Shown piece after piece: positions 25,023-38,817 of a DNA stretch of 64,000 bases. Both the position numbers and the translations under genes were made by a program. Within the stretch, counting starts at the first letter, position 1; each line of letters starts with the position of its first letter. Under the pieces are notes generated by a model. The model saw only the letters and a program-made list of their open reading frames with translations. It did not search any database and was not told where the DNA came from. Source of the stretch: Eledone cirrhosa (lineage: Eukaryota); NCBI GenBank assembly GCA_964016885.1, contig OZ024742.1, positions 159,588,001 to 159,652,000 on the forward strand, in the 5' to 3' direction.

Positions 25023-28000
25023 GTTTCTTTATTGGCCACAAGGGCTAACATGAAGAAAAACATTACAGTCGGCACAGAACATTACAGGACGATACAAAAT
25101 GAGTTTGGCCGTGTAAAAAAGGTTATATCAAGAAGATAGTAATATAAAAAAAATTCAAACAACAAATTCCCCAATAGGGGGGAAACTTCCGAGGGTCACT
25201 CGTGGCGAAAACCACATAAAAGACCACGGCCACGCTGACACCAGGGCAAGCGCCCTCAATCAGTTTTCCACTCCTCAGTCTAGAGGCGCATACTCAGAGC
25301 GGGTCTGTTCACTCGGACCAGACTCGCCACTTTCACCCACCTTTCAACAAACTTATTTGAAGACGGCACTTGTCGCTCCACCCTGATTTTCCTCTTCAAG
25401 CGAAATTTGAAAAATTTAATCAGGGATTGGCCGAAGAGGAAAGTGTCCGTCTTCAATCCTTTCCACCTTGTCCACCACACAATCTCTTTCGCCATGGCCA
25501 CCAGGGAGATGAAAACTGCTTGCCCTTCCTCCTCCTTAAAGGAGGACGGCTGGACTATCTGCACAATGCGCTAAGTCGATAACCGGATCCGTCCTACATG
25601 TGACAGCAAATGTTCGACATAGCTCCACAAGTCAGCAATGCTCGGACACTGAATAAGTACGTGCACAACGGTTTCGTCGCTCTGTGCGCATCTCGGACAG
25701 GTTCGACTGACGGCACTTCCGTGCCTGTAGAGCTTATCTCGAACCAGCAACGCTCCCCGGTAGCACAGCCAGGACAGGGATTTCTGGAAGTTGTCCATAG
25801 GCTCCGGGTTGAAAGTTCTCTTGAAGAGAGCGAACAGCTGATCGTCTTCGACGCCCAGGGTATCCCCGAAAACGTCGTTACTCTTCCCTTCCACTTGTCC
25901 TCTATAGAACGCCAGCGTCCAAGCTCTATCCCTCGGTCTTTTCCTGATCCAGGACTGCAGTTCCGTTAATGAGACGAGCTGGAGAAAAACACGTCAGGCA
26001 AATGGTGACCACACCTGTTCACCGTCAAGGAAGCACCAGAGATGTCGCAGCCTCAGAACGTGTTTGCGCATCATCAGCCATGGCATGCCCAGGCCTCCAC
26101 GCAACGGGTGTTGACTGCAAATGGATAGTCTGATCATGGGAGCACGTCCTTTCCATAGAAAGCGGAAGAGGAGGCGATCCACTTTTGTCAGAGTTGGGCC
26201 GGGGCAAGGCACAACAGTTAGGCGGTAGCAGATGACGGATGCGATGAACGTATTCACCACCTCTTCCCCACCTTTCAGGGACAGCTTCTTCTTGGCCCAT
26301 TTCTGGGTGAGAGAGGCCACCCTGTTCGTCACCTCGCTCCAGTTTTTCTCCATCTAGAAGTCCGGACCGAACTAGACCCCAAGCAATTTAACCGGTCCTT
26401 CCGTGCAGCGCCCCACGACGCTGTCGGGCGGCATGGACTTCCCTCTCCAGGTGATGAGCTGCAGGCCCACCGACTTTTCCTGGTTTAACTTTGCTCCTGT
26501 CACCGCTTCATATTCCTTGAGAGCGGTGCCAAGCATCTGGACATGTCCGGCACTTGACACCATCACGGTGACGTTGTCGGCGTAAGCCGATACGGTTCTC
26601 CCACAACCCAGTTCGAGTGGGACGTCTCTCATCGCCTCCAATTTGTGCAGTAACGGCTCTAGGTCCAATACGTACAAGAGTGACGAGAGGGAACAACCCT
26701 GACGGACCGAGCGCATGATGCTGAACGTCTGTGACAGATGACCTTTCACCTTCACAACTGAGCAGATGTCGCTGTGCATCGCAGCGATCTAGCCCATGAA
26801 AATAGGCCCAAAACCAGCCGCCTCGAGGACCGCCGCCAGGTACCGATGGTCGACCCTATCAAATGCCTTAGATTGATATAAGTTGAGCAGGGCCCCACCC
26901 GTGCCAGTTTCCTTAACCACCCTCTCTATGATGTATCGCATGAGATGGAGGTTGTCATGGATGGATCTGTCTGGAATGGCGCATGTCTGCGCCTCTCCTA
27001 CCAGATTACCGACGACAAAATCTTGAAGTCTGTGTTTAACAGAGTTATGGGCCTGAAGTTGTCTATAACGTCCCCTTTGTTCGGGTCTTTTCTTAACAGC
27101 ACCACCGCTCCCCGGCTCACAAAACTAGGAATGCTCCCGTTCTGCTGCCGGTTGCAGTAGACGTCTGACAAGAGGTCACCGAACAGGTCTGGCATGTACG
27201 CATAAAGCTCGTAGGGCAGACCATCCAAACCTGGCGATTTACCCCTCGTGCAGTCAGACATCGCTTCCCGTATTTCACCTGCTGTTATCGGCTTTTCGCA
27301 ATACTGCACTGTGGTCGTCGAGAGTTCCGGCAGTCCCACGAGGTATGCACTGAAGTTCATACTCCGGTCTGGCCCGCCGCAGCTCCCAAACAGTTGAACA
27401 AAGTGCTGCTGAAAAGCCTCACACATCTGCTCGGGTTCGAGTAACATGTGCCCGTTTGGGTCAGTTAAGGATTGAATTGTGGCTTTATTGCCACGTCGCG
27501 CCCCCACCACCCGGGCCCATTGGACAGCTTTTATCCCCTCTTGTCTCAGATCACGCACTCTAGCTCTGACAACGCAGCCTTCGTGATTTGCATTGTAGAA
27601 TTGGTCGAGTGCCTATCTCACCGCAAGCACGTCAGTTGCGATGCCTGTTCTAAACGCCTCTTCTAGCTTTCTAACTAGCTCTCCTTCTACTCTATTTTTC
27701 TCTATCTTTACTCCTTTGCTAAACCGTATTGATTCTACTCTAATTGCCCTTTTCAGGGTAAACCCCCACCTGTTGTTGACGATCGCACCCGTGAACGCAC
27801 GCTTAACTAGTTCGCTTATCTGTAAGCTTTGCGCGCCGAGAAAGACGCGTTCAGTTTCCAGTAACCAGGTCCTTACCTATAAAGTCTATCTAAGTCGACT
27901 TCACAGATCACACATTTGTGGTCCGAGTAGCCGACTACTTTAAATTGTGGACAACCTACGCTAGCCTTATCTGTTTTCCTACACAATACCCTATCTAGAT

Positions 28001-30060
28001 ACGATCTGGCCGTCCTACCCCCTGTTGGGACGTAGATGGCTACTAGCCTGAAAGCACAGCCTTCGCTGCCTGTCACGTCCAGTACCACCGACTTACCTTC
28101 TGGTCCAGGAAGATGGCCCGTGTGGCGAGACCCAAGCCTCTCCGAAAAAGCACAGCAACTCCGCCCCCCCCCCCGCTCCAGGACGGCTGGCAGATGCGTA
28201 TACATCGTAGCCACCGAGGATCGGTGCGAAGTCTCACTGATGGCCACCACATCTATGTTTACTGACCATTAAGCAGGTGGCCCTGCTTCCAAGATGACCC
28301 CAGGCCACGTACATTTATACTGACTATTGTAAGTAAGGCCATGTTGGGTGAGGAATGGAGTAAGTGAGAAAGGATCACCTACCCTGATAGTGTGGGAAAG
28401 GGACAGCTGAACTGTTCCTTTGGCTGGTCATGGGTGTCTCCAAGATGATGTCGGTGTATATCCTTTTGGTAACTGACCCTCTGAAGTCTCCAACTACGTT
28501 GGGAAATTTTTCTTTTAAATGTTTATAATGTTCTATTTTAATTTCAATAATGTTTATATTTTTCGGGAGAGTTCTTGGTGTTGGTGGGGTGTAGTAATTT
28601 TTGTCCGTAATGTCTGTATGCTGCTTTATGTTCTAAGAGTTCTTTATTTGCCAAGTTTTTGGCTGTGTAATGTTTTTGAGGGGGTTTGGTTTTGTTGCTG
28701 TCTTCTTGTTGCTGCTGTTGGGTATGATTGTCTTGTGTTTGCGATGTTGATGTTTGTAGTGATGCTGGTGGTGGTGGTGTGATGGTTGTTGGTAATGATG
28801 GTAGTGGAGTTGCTGCGAGTTTTTTGTTTTTTGTTTTTTGTGGCAGACCGTTTGCCACTTCACTCCCGCCTCAGACTCCATGTCGGATTCCGTGGCGTCT
28901 GGTGGCGATAGTGGAGCCCTCTCCGGCGATTTTGTTGCAGCTACTGCAAATGTAGCTACTGGTGTTGCCGCTGCTTTAGTTGTCCGTGGCCTTGGTACGA
29001 GTGCCACGGACGTTGCCCTCCTACTCAACGTGGAAGAGTCTTCTGTTGCCTGCCCTGTTCTTGGTAGCAGCGTACCAGGTATTGGAAGGAGGTGGGCCTT
29101 CTTCTTCGCTGTCTTCTGCGGGCAAAAGGCCCTGAGGTGACCATTTGACCCACAGAGATAACATTTTGGCCGCCTTCTCTCCACGCTTATTGGGAGTTGG
29201 AGTCCTTCCTCGAGGTCTATTATATCTGGGATGGCCTAGATACACTCCTGGTCAGTTTGTATTAGCATTTGCATGCCTATACCTGACCAGTTCTCTCTTC
29301 CCATTCTCTGTATTTGCAGCATGGTCGTCCTGTCCTCGATTCCAACAAGGACAGATGCGGCCATCCAAGGTATGGGCACATCGGGCGAGACGTGGGTCAC
29401 TTTGACCCTCACAATTTTCTGTCCGCAGTAGGAGGGCACCAAGACTATCTCCCCATTCTTTAGGATTTCCAAAGAGTGAGACTTCGCCTCTTGTGGGGTG
29501 ACGAAAAGTATGTCTACTGTGGCATACTTTTTGCTTCGGGTGATGTGGGTTTTGCGCGCCCAGACGCACCCCAAGGCCTTTTGGATTTGAGCCTCCGTGG
29601 CTCTCTCCACCCGATGTGACATTTGTATTGTTGTTGTTGGTGTTGTCCTTATTTATTTTCTTGTTAGTGGTGTTAATATGGTTGTTGCATTTGTTGTCAT
29701 TTTTTTTAATTAGTGTTGTTTTCAATGCTGTCTTTGTTCACGTTGTTTGTGGTGGTGTTTGTTGTATCAATTTCTGTGTTCCCCGTAACTCTCCTTTCAA
29801 CTTTTACGCCGTTGTCACACGACAGGAGACATATCGCTGGGGGCGTGGCTCAGCCAAGTTTTTTTTTTTTTTGACAATTTTTAAAAGTAAAATGTTCAAA
29901 TATTTGGGCCAAAAGGCCCAAATATTATACTTTCTCCTTCACAGGGCAAAGTCCAGGGGCTTATGTCTGTTACACAACAACAAAAATTTAACATTAAATA
30001 ATTTATGACAGGTAAATAAAGAGACTTACGGGAGCGAGAAAAAAGACGTCCGATCAGACC
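25022..30060 (-). mobile_element. Tx1/L1-type LINE copy D (second subfamily, distinct 5' UTR/ORF1)
   Basis: Homologous ORF2 pieces; knuckle CYLCGSNGHLRAFC; (AAT)n at both ends; several internal deletions. Confidence 0.9.
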
Positions 30061-30090
<30 letters not shown>

Positions 30091-30092
<2 letters not shown>

Positions 30093-30163
30093 TTTCTTTA
30101 TTAACCACAAGGGTTTACATAAAGTAGACATTAAGGACAGTGCGGGACAATACAGGACGGTAC
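30091..30163 (-). mobile_element. 73-bp 3'-terminal stub of the Tx1-type LINE within (AAT)n
   Basis: Matches the 3' end of copies E and H; (AAT)n on both sides. Confidence 0.75.
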
Positions 30164-30188
30164 AATAATAATAATAATAATAATAATA

Positions 30189-32683
30189 CTTTCTTTATTA
30201 ACCACAAGGGTTTACATAAAGTAGACATTAATGACAGTACAGGCCAATACAGGACGATACAAATGGGCATTTCTGCATGTAAAAATACAAAAACAGAGGA
30301 TGTAACAAAAAAATAACAATGAAAAATTCCCCAATAGGGGGGAGACGTCCGAGGGACATTTGTGGAGAAAGCCCATTAAAAGGCCACAGTGACCCTGACC
30401 ACCAAGGCAAGTGCCCTCTCCCAGTTTTCCACCTTTAATTTACAGACACATACTCAGAGTAGGCCCATTCACTCGGGCCATACTTGCTTCTCTCACCCAT
30501 CTTTCAACAAAATGCTGGGAAGAGAGCACTTCCCTCTCTACCCTGATTTTCCTTTTCAAATGAAATTTGAAAAAGTTAATCAGGGCATCACCGAAGAGGT
30601 AAGTTCTCGTCTTCAGCCCTTTCAAACGTGTCCACCATACTATCTCTTTCGCCATGGCCACCAGACAGATAAACACTGCCTGCCCTTCCCGGCTAAAGGA
30701 GGAGGGCGGGGCAATCCTCACGATGGACTCAGATGATAGCCAGATCCGTCCTAAACGCGACAGCAGGTGTTCGACATAAACCCACAAGTCAGCAATTTTC
30801 GGACACTGCACGAGTGCGTGCAGGACAGTTTCGTCGCCCTGCGCGCATGTCGGACATGTCCGGCTGACGGCACCTCCATGCCTGTAGAGTTTATCCCGAA
30901 CTGGCAAGGCTCCATGTAGCACTGCCAGGCCAGGGATTTATGGAAGTTGTCCATAGGCCCCGGCCCGAAAGTTCTTCCGAAGAGATTGGTTAGTTGATTT
31001 TCGTCGACGCCTATATTTTCCCCAAGTACGTCGTCGCTCTTCCCCTCCACTAATCCTCTATAGAACGCCGAGGTGGAGTTTCCACCGATCACATTGCTCG
31101 ATTGGTCGAGGGCTGTGAGCGCCTGAAGACATTCCAGTCTCCAGGCGCTCCCTCTCGGTCTTCGCTTGACCCAGGACTGCAGCTCCGTCAAGGAAACGAG
31201 CTGGGGAAATACGTGTCTAGCAAACGGCGACAACACCTGATCACCATCGAGGAAGAGGTGGAGATGTCGTAGCTTGAGCGCGTGTCTGTGCATCATCAGC
31301 CACGGCATGCCCAGCCCTCCACGTAGCGGGTGTTGACAACAGATGGACCGCCTGACCATCGGAGCGCGTCCCTTCCACAAAAAGCGAAAGAGCAAACGCT
31401 CCAGCGCAGTCAGGCGAGGCTTAGGACAAGGTACGACGGTCAGGCGGTAGCAGATGACAGACGCGATGTACGCGTTAGCCACCTCCGCTCGACCTTTCAG
31501 GGATAGCTTCTTCTCCGCCCATTTCTGGGTGAGAGAAGCCACCCTGCTCGTCACCTCGTCCCAGTTTTTGTCCGTCTGGAGGTCCGGACCGAACCAGACC
31601 CCTAGCAATTTAACCGATCCGTCAGTCCAGCGCCCGACGACACTGTTGGACGGCATGGACCTGCCTCTCCAGGTGCCGAGCTGCAGGCCCACTGACTTTT
31701 CCTGGTTGATCATTGCTCCTGTCACCGCTTCGTATTCTCTTAGTGTAGTGCCGATCGCCTAGATATGTTTGGCGTTCGAGACCACTACTGTGACATCGTC
31801 CGCATATGCTGACACGGATCTTCTGCATCCTAGTTCGCGCGGGACCCCCCCCCCCCCACGTCTCCAGTTTGTGCAGTAATGGTTCGAGAGTCAATACGTA
31901 AAAGAGGGACGAGAGGGGACAACCTTGGCGGACCGAGCGCATGATGTTGAACGGTTCCGAAAGGTCACCGTTCACTCTCACCTCATGCAGATGTCGCTGT
32001 GCATGGCAGCAATCCAGCCTCTGAAGACGGGCCCAAAGCCAGCCGCCCTCAGGACTGCCGTTAGGTAACGATGGTCGACCCTATCGAAAGCTTTCGACTG
32101 ATCTAAATTGATCAAGGACCCACCCGTGCTAGGTTCCCTAGCTACCCTCTCCACGATGTATCGCATGAAGTGGAGGTTGTCTTGGATGGATCTGTCGGGA
32201 ATGGCGCATGTCTGTGCCTCTCCCACCAGACCACCAACGACAAGAGCCAACCTCTTTGCTAGCACCTTGGCCAAAATCTTGAACTCTGTGTTTAGCAAAG
32301 TTATGGGCCTGAAATTATCTGTTATCCCCTTTGTTCGGATCCTTTCTCAGCAGCGCCACTGCTCCTCGGCTCACAGAGCTGGGAATTCTCCCGTTCTGTT
32401 TCCAGTTGCAGTAGACGTCCGCAAAGAGGCCTCCGAACAAGTCTGGCATTTGTACGTAAAGTTCATAGGGCAGACCATCCAAACCAGGCGATTTACCCCT
32501 TGTGCAGCCAGTCATTGCCTCCCGTATTTTAGCAGCTGTTATCGGATTTTCGCAACACTCCGCCTTAATGGCCGAGAGCCGTGACAGTCCGTCGAGGTAG
32601 ACACTAATGTCGATTCTCCGATCCGGCCCGCCGCTGCCCCCGAACAGCTGAGCGAACTGTCGCTGAAAAGCTTCACACATTTG
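30189..32683 (-). mobile_element. Tx1/L1-type LINE copy E, 5'-truncated (C/H subfamily)
   Basis: RT through CPTC...HALVQC C-terminus and 3' UTR; 3' end at (AAT)n; fused to the 3' UTR of copy F. Confidence 0.9.
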
Positions 32684-35600
32684 AAAAACAAACAAAAACA
32701 AAGGAAATGACAAAAAAAGAAACAAAAGAAAAGTCCCCAATAGAGGGAGGGACTTCCGAGGGACACTACATTCAATTTACAGGCGTATACTCAGAGCAGA
32801 CCCATTCACCCGGGCCATGCTTGTCTCACTCACCAATCTTTCAACAAATCCACCCTGATTTTCCTTTCAAATGAAATTTTAATCAGGGCATCACCGAAGA
32901 GGTATGTGCTTGTCTTCAGCCCTTTCAAACGCATCCACCAAACGATCTCTTTCACCATGGCCACCAGGTAGATAAAGCCTGCCTGCCCTTCCTGGCTAAA
33001 AGAAGACGGCGGAGCAATCCCCACGATGGACACAGCTGATAGCCGGATCCGACCTACACGCGACAGCAGGTGTTCAACATAAGCCCACAAGTCAACAATG
33101 CTCGGACACTGGACGAGTGCGTACAGGATAGTTTCGTCGCCCTGCGCGCATCTCGGACAGGCCCGGCTGACGGCACTTCTATGCCCCACAGTAGCACTGC
33201 CAGGCCAGGGATTTCTGGAAGTTGTCCATGGGCCCCGGCCCGAAAGTTTTCCTGAAGAGATTGGCGAGTTGATTTTCGTGGATGCCTAGAGTCTCCCCAA
33301 GAACGTCGTCGCTTTTTCCCTCCTCTATAGTAAACAAAGGTGGAGTTTCCACCGATCGCATTGCCCGATTGGTCGAGGGCTGTAAGCGACTGGAGACATT
33401 CCAGTCTCCAACTGCTCCCGCTCGGTCATCGCTTGATCCAGGACTGCAGCTCTGTCAAGGAGGTGAGCTGGGGAAATACTTGTTTAACAAACGATGTCCG
33501 TCGAGTTAGAGGTGGAGATGCAATAGCCTGAGCACATGTTTGCGCATCATCAGCAATGGCATGCCCAGCCCTCCACATAGCGGATGTTGACAGCAAACGA
33601 ACCACCTGACCATCGGAGCGCTTCACTTTCACAAAAAGCGAAAGAGCAAAAGCTCCAAAGCAGTTAGTCTCATCCCTGTCCAAATCAGTTAGGCTTAGGA
33701 CAGGGACGTGAGGGGACATCATTGGCGGTTCGGGCGCATGATGTTGAACGGTTCCGAAAGGTGACCATTCACTCTCACCTCAGAGCAGATGTCACTGTGC
33801 ATGGCAGCGATCCAGCCTCTGAAGACGGGCTCAAAGCCAGCCGCTCTCGAGACTGCCGCCAGATAACGACGGTCGACCCTATCGAAAGCTTTCGACTGAT
33901 GTAAATTGATCAAGGCCCACCCATGCCAGGTTCGTTAGCTACCTTCTCCACGATGTATCGTATCAGGTGGAGGTTGTCGCGAATGGATCTTTCTGGAATG
34001 TTGCATGACTGCACCTCTCCCACCAGACCACCGACGACAAGCGCCAACCTCTTTGCTAGCACCTTGCCCAAAATCTTGAACTCTGCGTTTAGCAGAGTTA
34101 TGGGCCTGAAATGATCCCACCCACCGCTGCCCCCGAACAGCTGAGTGAAGTGCCGCTGAAAAGCCGCACACATTTGCTCGGTTTCAAGTAGTATGTGCCC
34201 GTCGTGGTTCTCCAAAGACCGGATCGTGGCTTTGTTGCCACCACGCGCCTCCGCCACTCGGACCCATCGAACGGCTTTCGTCCCCTCGTTTCTGAGAGCA
34301 CGCGTTCTAGCTCTGACAAATCAGCCTTCATGCTTTGCGTTGAAGAATTGGTCGTTGGGCAATTTCGCCGCAAGCACGTCAGTTACGATGCCTTTACTAA
34401 GCGCCTCGTCTAATTTTCTAACTACTTCTCCCTCTGCTCTATTTTTCTCTTTTGCTAACGTCTTACTAAACCTAATGGACTCCATTCTAATCGCTCTTTT
34501 CAGGGCGAACCACCATTTGGTGTTGACGATTTCCCCCGTCAACGCCCACTTAACTAGTTCGCTAATCCGGTCTCTAGGCTTTGCGCGCTGTCAACGACGC
34601 GTTTAGCTTCCAGTAGCCGGGTCCCTATCTATGAAGCCTATCTAAGTCGACCAAACAGGTCACGAATCAGTGGTCTGTGTAGTCGACTATTTTGAATTGT
34701 AGACAACCTATGCTAGAACTATCTATTTCCTTACAAAACACTCTATCTAGATACGATCTGGATGAGCCGATGCGGTTTGTCCATGTCCAATTTGGCACAT
34801 TCGGGAAATCCAGTCGGTACCTGTCAGAAAGTCGGAAACGTCTGAGCAGGTTTGCGAGGCTTTTAAACCCTTCTCCCCTATCCGCTAATCCCACACAATC
34901 CCAGCGTGCATCCAAGATCCTGTTCCAATCACCCACTAACACTAAAGAGCGGAACGTTCCTAGGAAGGTTTCCAGTTGCCTGAAGAAGTCAGACCGTCCT
35001 GCCCCTGTCAGGGCATAAACATCCACTAGCCTAAAAGCATAGCCTTCGCTGCTGGTCACGTCCAGCACCACTGACTTACCTTCTGGGTCCAGGAAGATGG
35101 TCTGTATCACTAGATCCAGGCCTCTCCGAAACAACACAGCGACTCCGCCTCCCAATCCCGGTCGGCTTGGAGATGCATACACATCGTAACCGCCGAAGAT
35201 GGGTGCGAAGGCATGTGCCTCGGAAATTCTGGTCTCGCTGATGACCACCACATCTATGTTCATTGAACTGAGGTTGTTGAGCAGGTGACCCTGCATGACA
35301 ACCCCATGCCACGTAAAGTCATGTTGAAAAGGTATGATAAAGAGTGAGAAAGACCACTTACCTCAGTTTTTGTGGAGGAAGAGTGTTTTTTTCCGTTTTT
35401 CTGACTGTTTGTGGTCCTCTCTGGAGGATGTCTTTATATATCCTTGTGGAAAGTGTTAGCTGGAAATCTCCGGGGAAATTGAAGGTTGTGTAATTTGTTT
35501 GTGTTATACGTGTGATTTGTATGTGTGTGGGTGTGTGAATTTTTGCGGTGTTGTATAGTTTTTCTCTGTGACGCTGGTGTTGGATGTAGTGTAATAATTG

Positions 35601-37566
35601 TTTATTGTTCAAGTTTTATGCTTTCCGTTTGGTCGTTTTGTTGTGTTGCCTTTGTTGTGGTTGCGCGTGTGGGTTTGTTTCTATTTCGCTTGATGGTGTC
35701 TTTTATTGTGCTGGTGATAGTGGTGCTGGGGTTAGTGATGGTGTTGGTGTTTGTGGCGATGGGGCTGGTGATGTTGTGTGGGTGGTGGTGGTGGCGGCGT
35801 AGTTGTCTTAACTTTCTTGCTTTTTTTTGTTTGTTTGCTTGTTTGGCCCTCTATTTTGGGGGATGAGGGCGAAGGAAGAGGGTTCTTTCTTTTCTGGTTT
35901 CTTTTTTTTTACAGATACAGTTTTCCCCCCTTCTCCTCCTCACAATCCGTCTCCACTTGTGAGAGGTCGGGAGTGGAACGTCCTCCACAGGCGTTGATAT
36001 TGGTTGTGGCGTGGTGGATTGTGGTGGCGCTAGTGCTACTTCTAGCGCGGTGGGCGGTGGTGGTGGTGGTGATCTTGCTATAGTTGCTGCTGCTGATTTT
36101 TCTGGTTGAACCAGTGGGGTAGGCAGGAGAGGTGGTCTTAATTTTTTTGTCGATCCCCTGAGGTAAGAAGGCCTTTAGGTAGGTTCCATCGCCACAAACA
36201 ACGCACCGTGACCTTCTATCGTCAACGGTTACGGTGAGGTGGCTGCCACCATCAACGTCTATTACCTCTGGAATCTCCTGGATGTTTTTTCTGGTCCGCC
36301 TGGATCAGAAGCTCCATTCCAGATCCGGACCAGTTCTCCTGTTTTATTCTTATTGCCTCGATAACCTTTGTGTTGTCTTCGATGTCGGCAAGGACGGCAA
36401 ACATCAGCCAAGGCATTTCTATGGCCGGCGGAACCTGGGTTACCCTCAGTCTAACGAGTCTTTGTCCGCAGTAGCTCGGGACTTTTGTAAACTCGTCGCT
36501 CTTTAGAGGAGCCATAGAGTGCTATTTGGATTCCTGTGGGGTTCCAAAGAACACATTCACAGTCCCATGTCTTTGTCCACATATGATGTGGGTTTTCTGA
36601 GCCCACACATGTCCCAAAGCCTTTTGGATCTGGGACTCGGATACCCGCTCCACACAGCGTGTTTTTGTGTTAATTGTACGGTATAAAACCGTACATCGCC
36701 GCCGACGTTGCATGGTATTTGATGGATGAGTGAGGTTGATCCTGTAACCATTTTTTTTCACCATTCGTCTGGCCTGATTCACTTGATTAAATCGTTTCGT
36801 TCTTGTTCGCCGCTTTCGCAAAAGAAAATTTACGCTGATGCTGGTGATGTTGTTATTCTTATTGTTGCTGTTGTTGTTGTTGTTATTGTTATTTTTGTTA
36901 TTATTATGTTTTATTTCTGTTGCTGCTGTGGTGGTGGTGGTGTCAGTGGTGTTCGACGTGACTGTGGACATTGTGGTTGTGGGGAGGGCGGTGTCCACAT
37001 TGGTTAATGTTAATAAATTGGGGGAATCCATTTTGTTATCACGAGATAATTTTTTGGTTTCAGTTGTTGCTGCTGTGGTGGTGGTGGTGGTATCAGTCGT
37101 GTTGGATGTACTCCTCGACGTTGTGGCGGAGGAGATGGCGGCTTTCAACCATTAGACATTGCCAAATGTGGAAAGTCCATTTCCACGTCTGATGCACGGG
37201 GTAAACTTTGGGGACTGTTATTGCTGCTGCTGCTGTTAGCAAAACCATCTGCCTTGATGGCAATTGTAGCAAAGTTCGCAATGGTGGTGGTGGTGGTGGT
37301 GGGAGTAGTGTCTATGTTAGAGCCGCTGTCACGAGACAGCTGGCTTAATTTTTTTACAAAAAAAAAGTTGTTTGTTTTGACAAAATAAAGTTCAAATTTG
37401 GGCTCAAGGCCCCGCAATATTATTGAGTGTCCTTTTCAGAAAGCAATATATATATATGAACTTATCAATAATCAACAACAAACATTTTTTATAACTGGCA
37501 ATTCCAAACAACTTAAAACAACAAACCTTTTGGAGCTCAATACAGCACGTTTTCACAAGTCGCCAT
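32684..37566 (-). mobile_element. Tx1/L1-type LINE copy F (third subfamily, divergent ORF1)
   Basis: Deleted ORF2 with an intact-looking endonuclease stretch at 34667-35296; ORF1 T/N-rich, shares VERxSExQIQKALG and VPSYCGQ blocks with the other copies. Confidence 0.88.
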
Positions 37567-37571
37567 TAATA

Positions 37572-37749
37572 ATTGTTTCTACTTTTGGCACAAGGCCAAC
37601 AATTACCCAGTGCATTACTGGTACTTTATTTTATCGACCCCGTAAGGATGAAAGGCAAAGTTAACCTCGGCGGCATTTGAACTCAGGACGCAAAGGGCCA
37701 TAACTCTATGCTGAAAAGCATGTTGTCTGACGCTCTACCGATACTGCCA
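37572..37749 (-). mobile_element. tRNA-type SINE
   Basis: Minus strand has an A-box-like TGGCAGTATCGG, a B-box GAGTTCAAATGCC, a central GCCTTTCATCCTTACGGGGTCGATAAAAT block and an ATT tail. Confidence 0.75.
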
Positions 37750-38513
37750 CACAGGGCTCACATTAAAGAAACACTAAAGACGATACAGTGTGGGTTTTTC
37801 TTTGTGTAAAATAAAATTTATAAAAGAGACTAAGAAAATAAGCATTAAAAACAAACATATCAACTTCCCCAAAGTTGAGGAGACTCTAAGAAATCCCACA
37901 AAAGCCACTGTCGACCTGTCCGCTAGGGCAAATGCCCTCTCTAAATCTTTCTACTCTAATCTGCAGGCGTATGTTCAAGGCAGGCCCATTCACACAGACC
38001 ATGTTCGCCACTCTCACCCACCATTTAACAAACTGGTTGAAAGGCAGCACTTCCTTCTCCACTCTGATTTTCCTCTTCAAGTGAAATCTGAAAATTTATC
38101 AGGGCTTCGCCAAAGAGGAATATTACTGTCTTTAACCCTTTCAAACGCGTCCACTACACGAAATCTATTCAACAGGGCCACCAGGCAGATAAAAACTGCC
38201 TGAACTTCCCCTCTAGAGGAGGACAGCGGGGCGATATTCAGAATGGACTCAGTGATAGCCGCATCCTTCCTACACGTGGCAGCAGGTTCTCGACAAAAAC
38301 CCACAGGTTAGCAATACTCGGACACTGGACGAGTGCGAGCAGAATGGTTTCGTCGCCCTGCGCGCACCACGGACAGGCCCGATTAACGGCACTTCCATGT
38401 CTGTAGCGTTTATCCCGAACTGGCAAAGCTCCTCAGCAGCACTGTCAGCCCAGGGATTTCTGCAACTTGTCCATAGGCCCTGGCACGAAAGTTCTCCCGA
38501 AGAGATTGGCTAG
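37746..38513 (-). mobile_element. Tx1/L1-type LINE copy G, 3' fragment
   Basis: ORF2 C-terminus (CPWCAQGDET...VQC) and 3' UTR; the truncation point abuts TAATAATAA. Confidence 0.85.
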
Positions 38514-38817
38514 TTAATAATAAAACATTAAAGATAGGACAAACATAATAATAAATGTCAAGCTTATTTAACGTGATCGTGTCACGCTAAAAACAAAAAC
38601 AAATACAGCAGCAGCAACAACAACAACAACAACAACAACAGTAGTGACTTAAGTAAAAGGATATCAATCTATTTATAGACCGATGTTACTGACCTTGAAA
38701 AACAAAGAAGATACAAAAAAAAAAGAAAAAAACACAGCCACAGACATTCAAACAGTTACAATGACACCCCACCGACCACCGGCATCACTACAACTGAAAA
38801 ATGAAAATAATAGTAAT

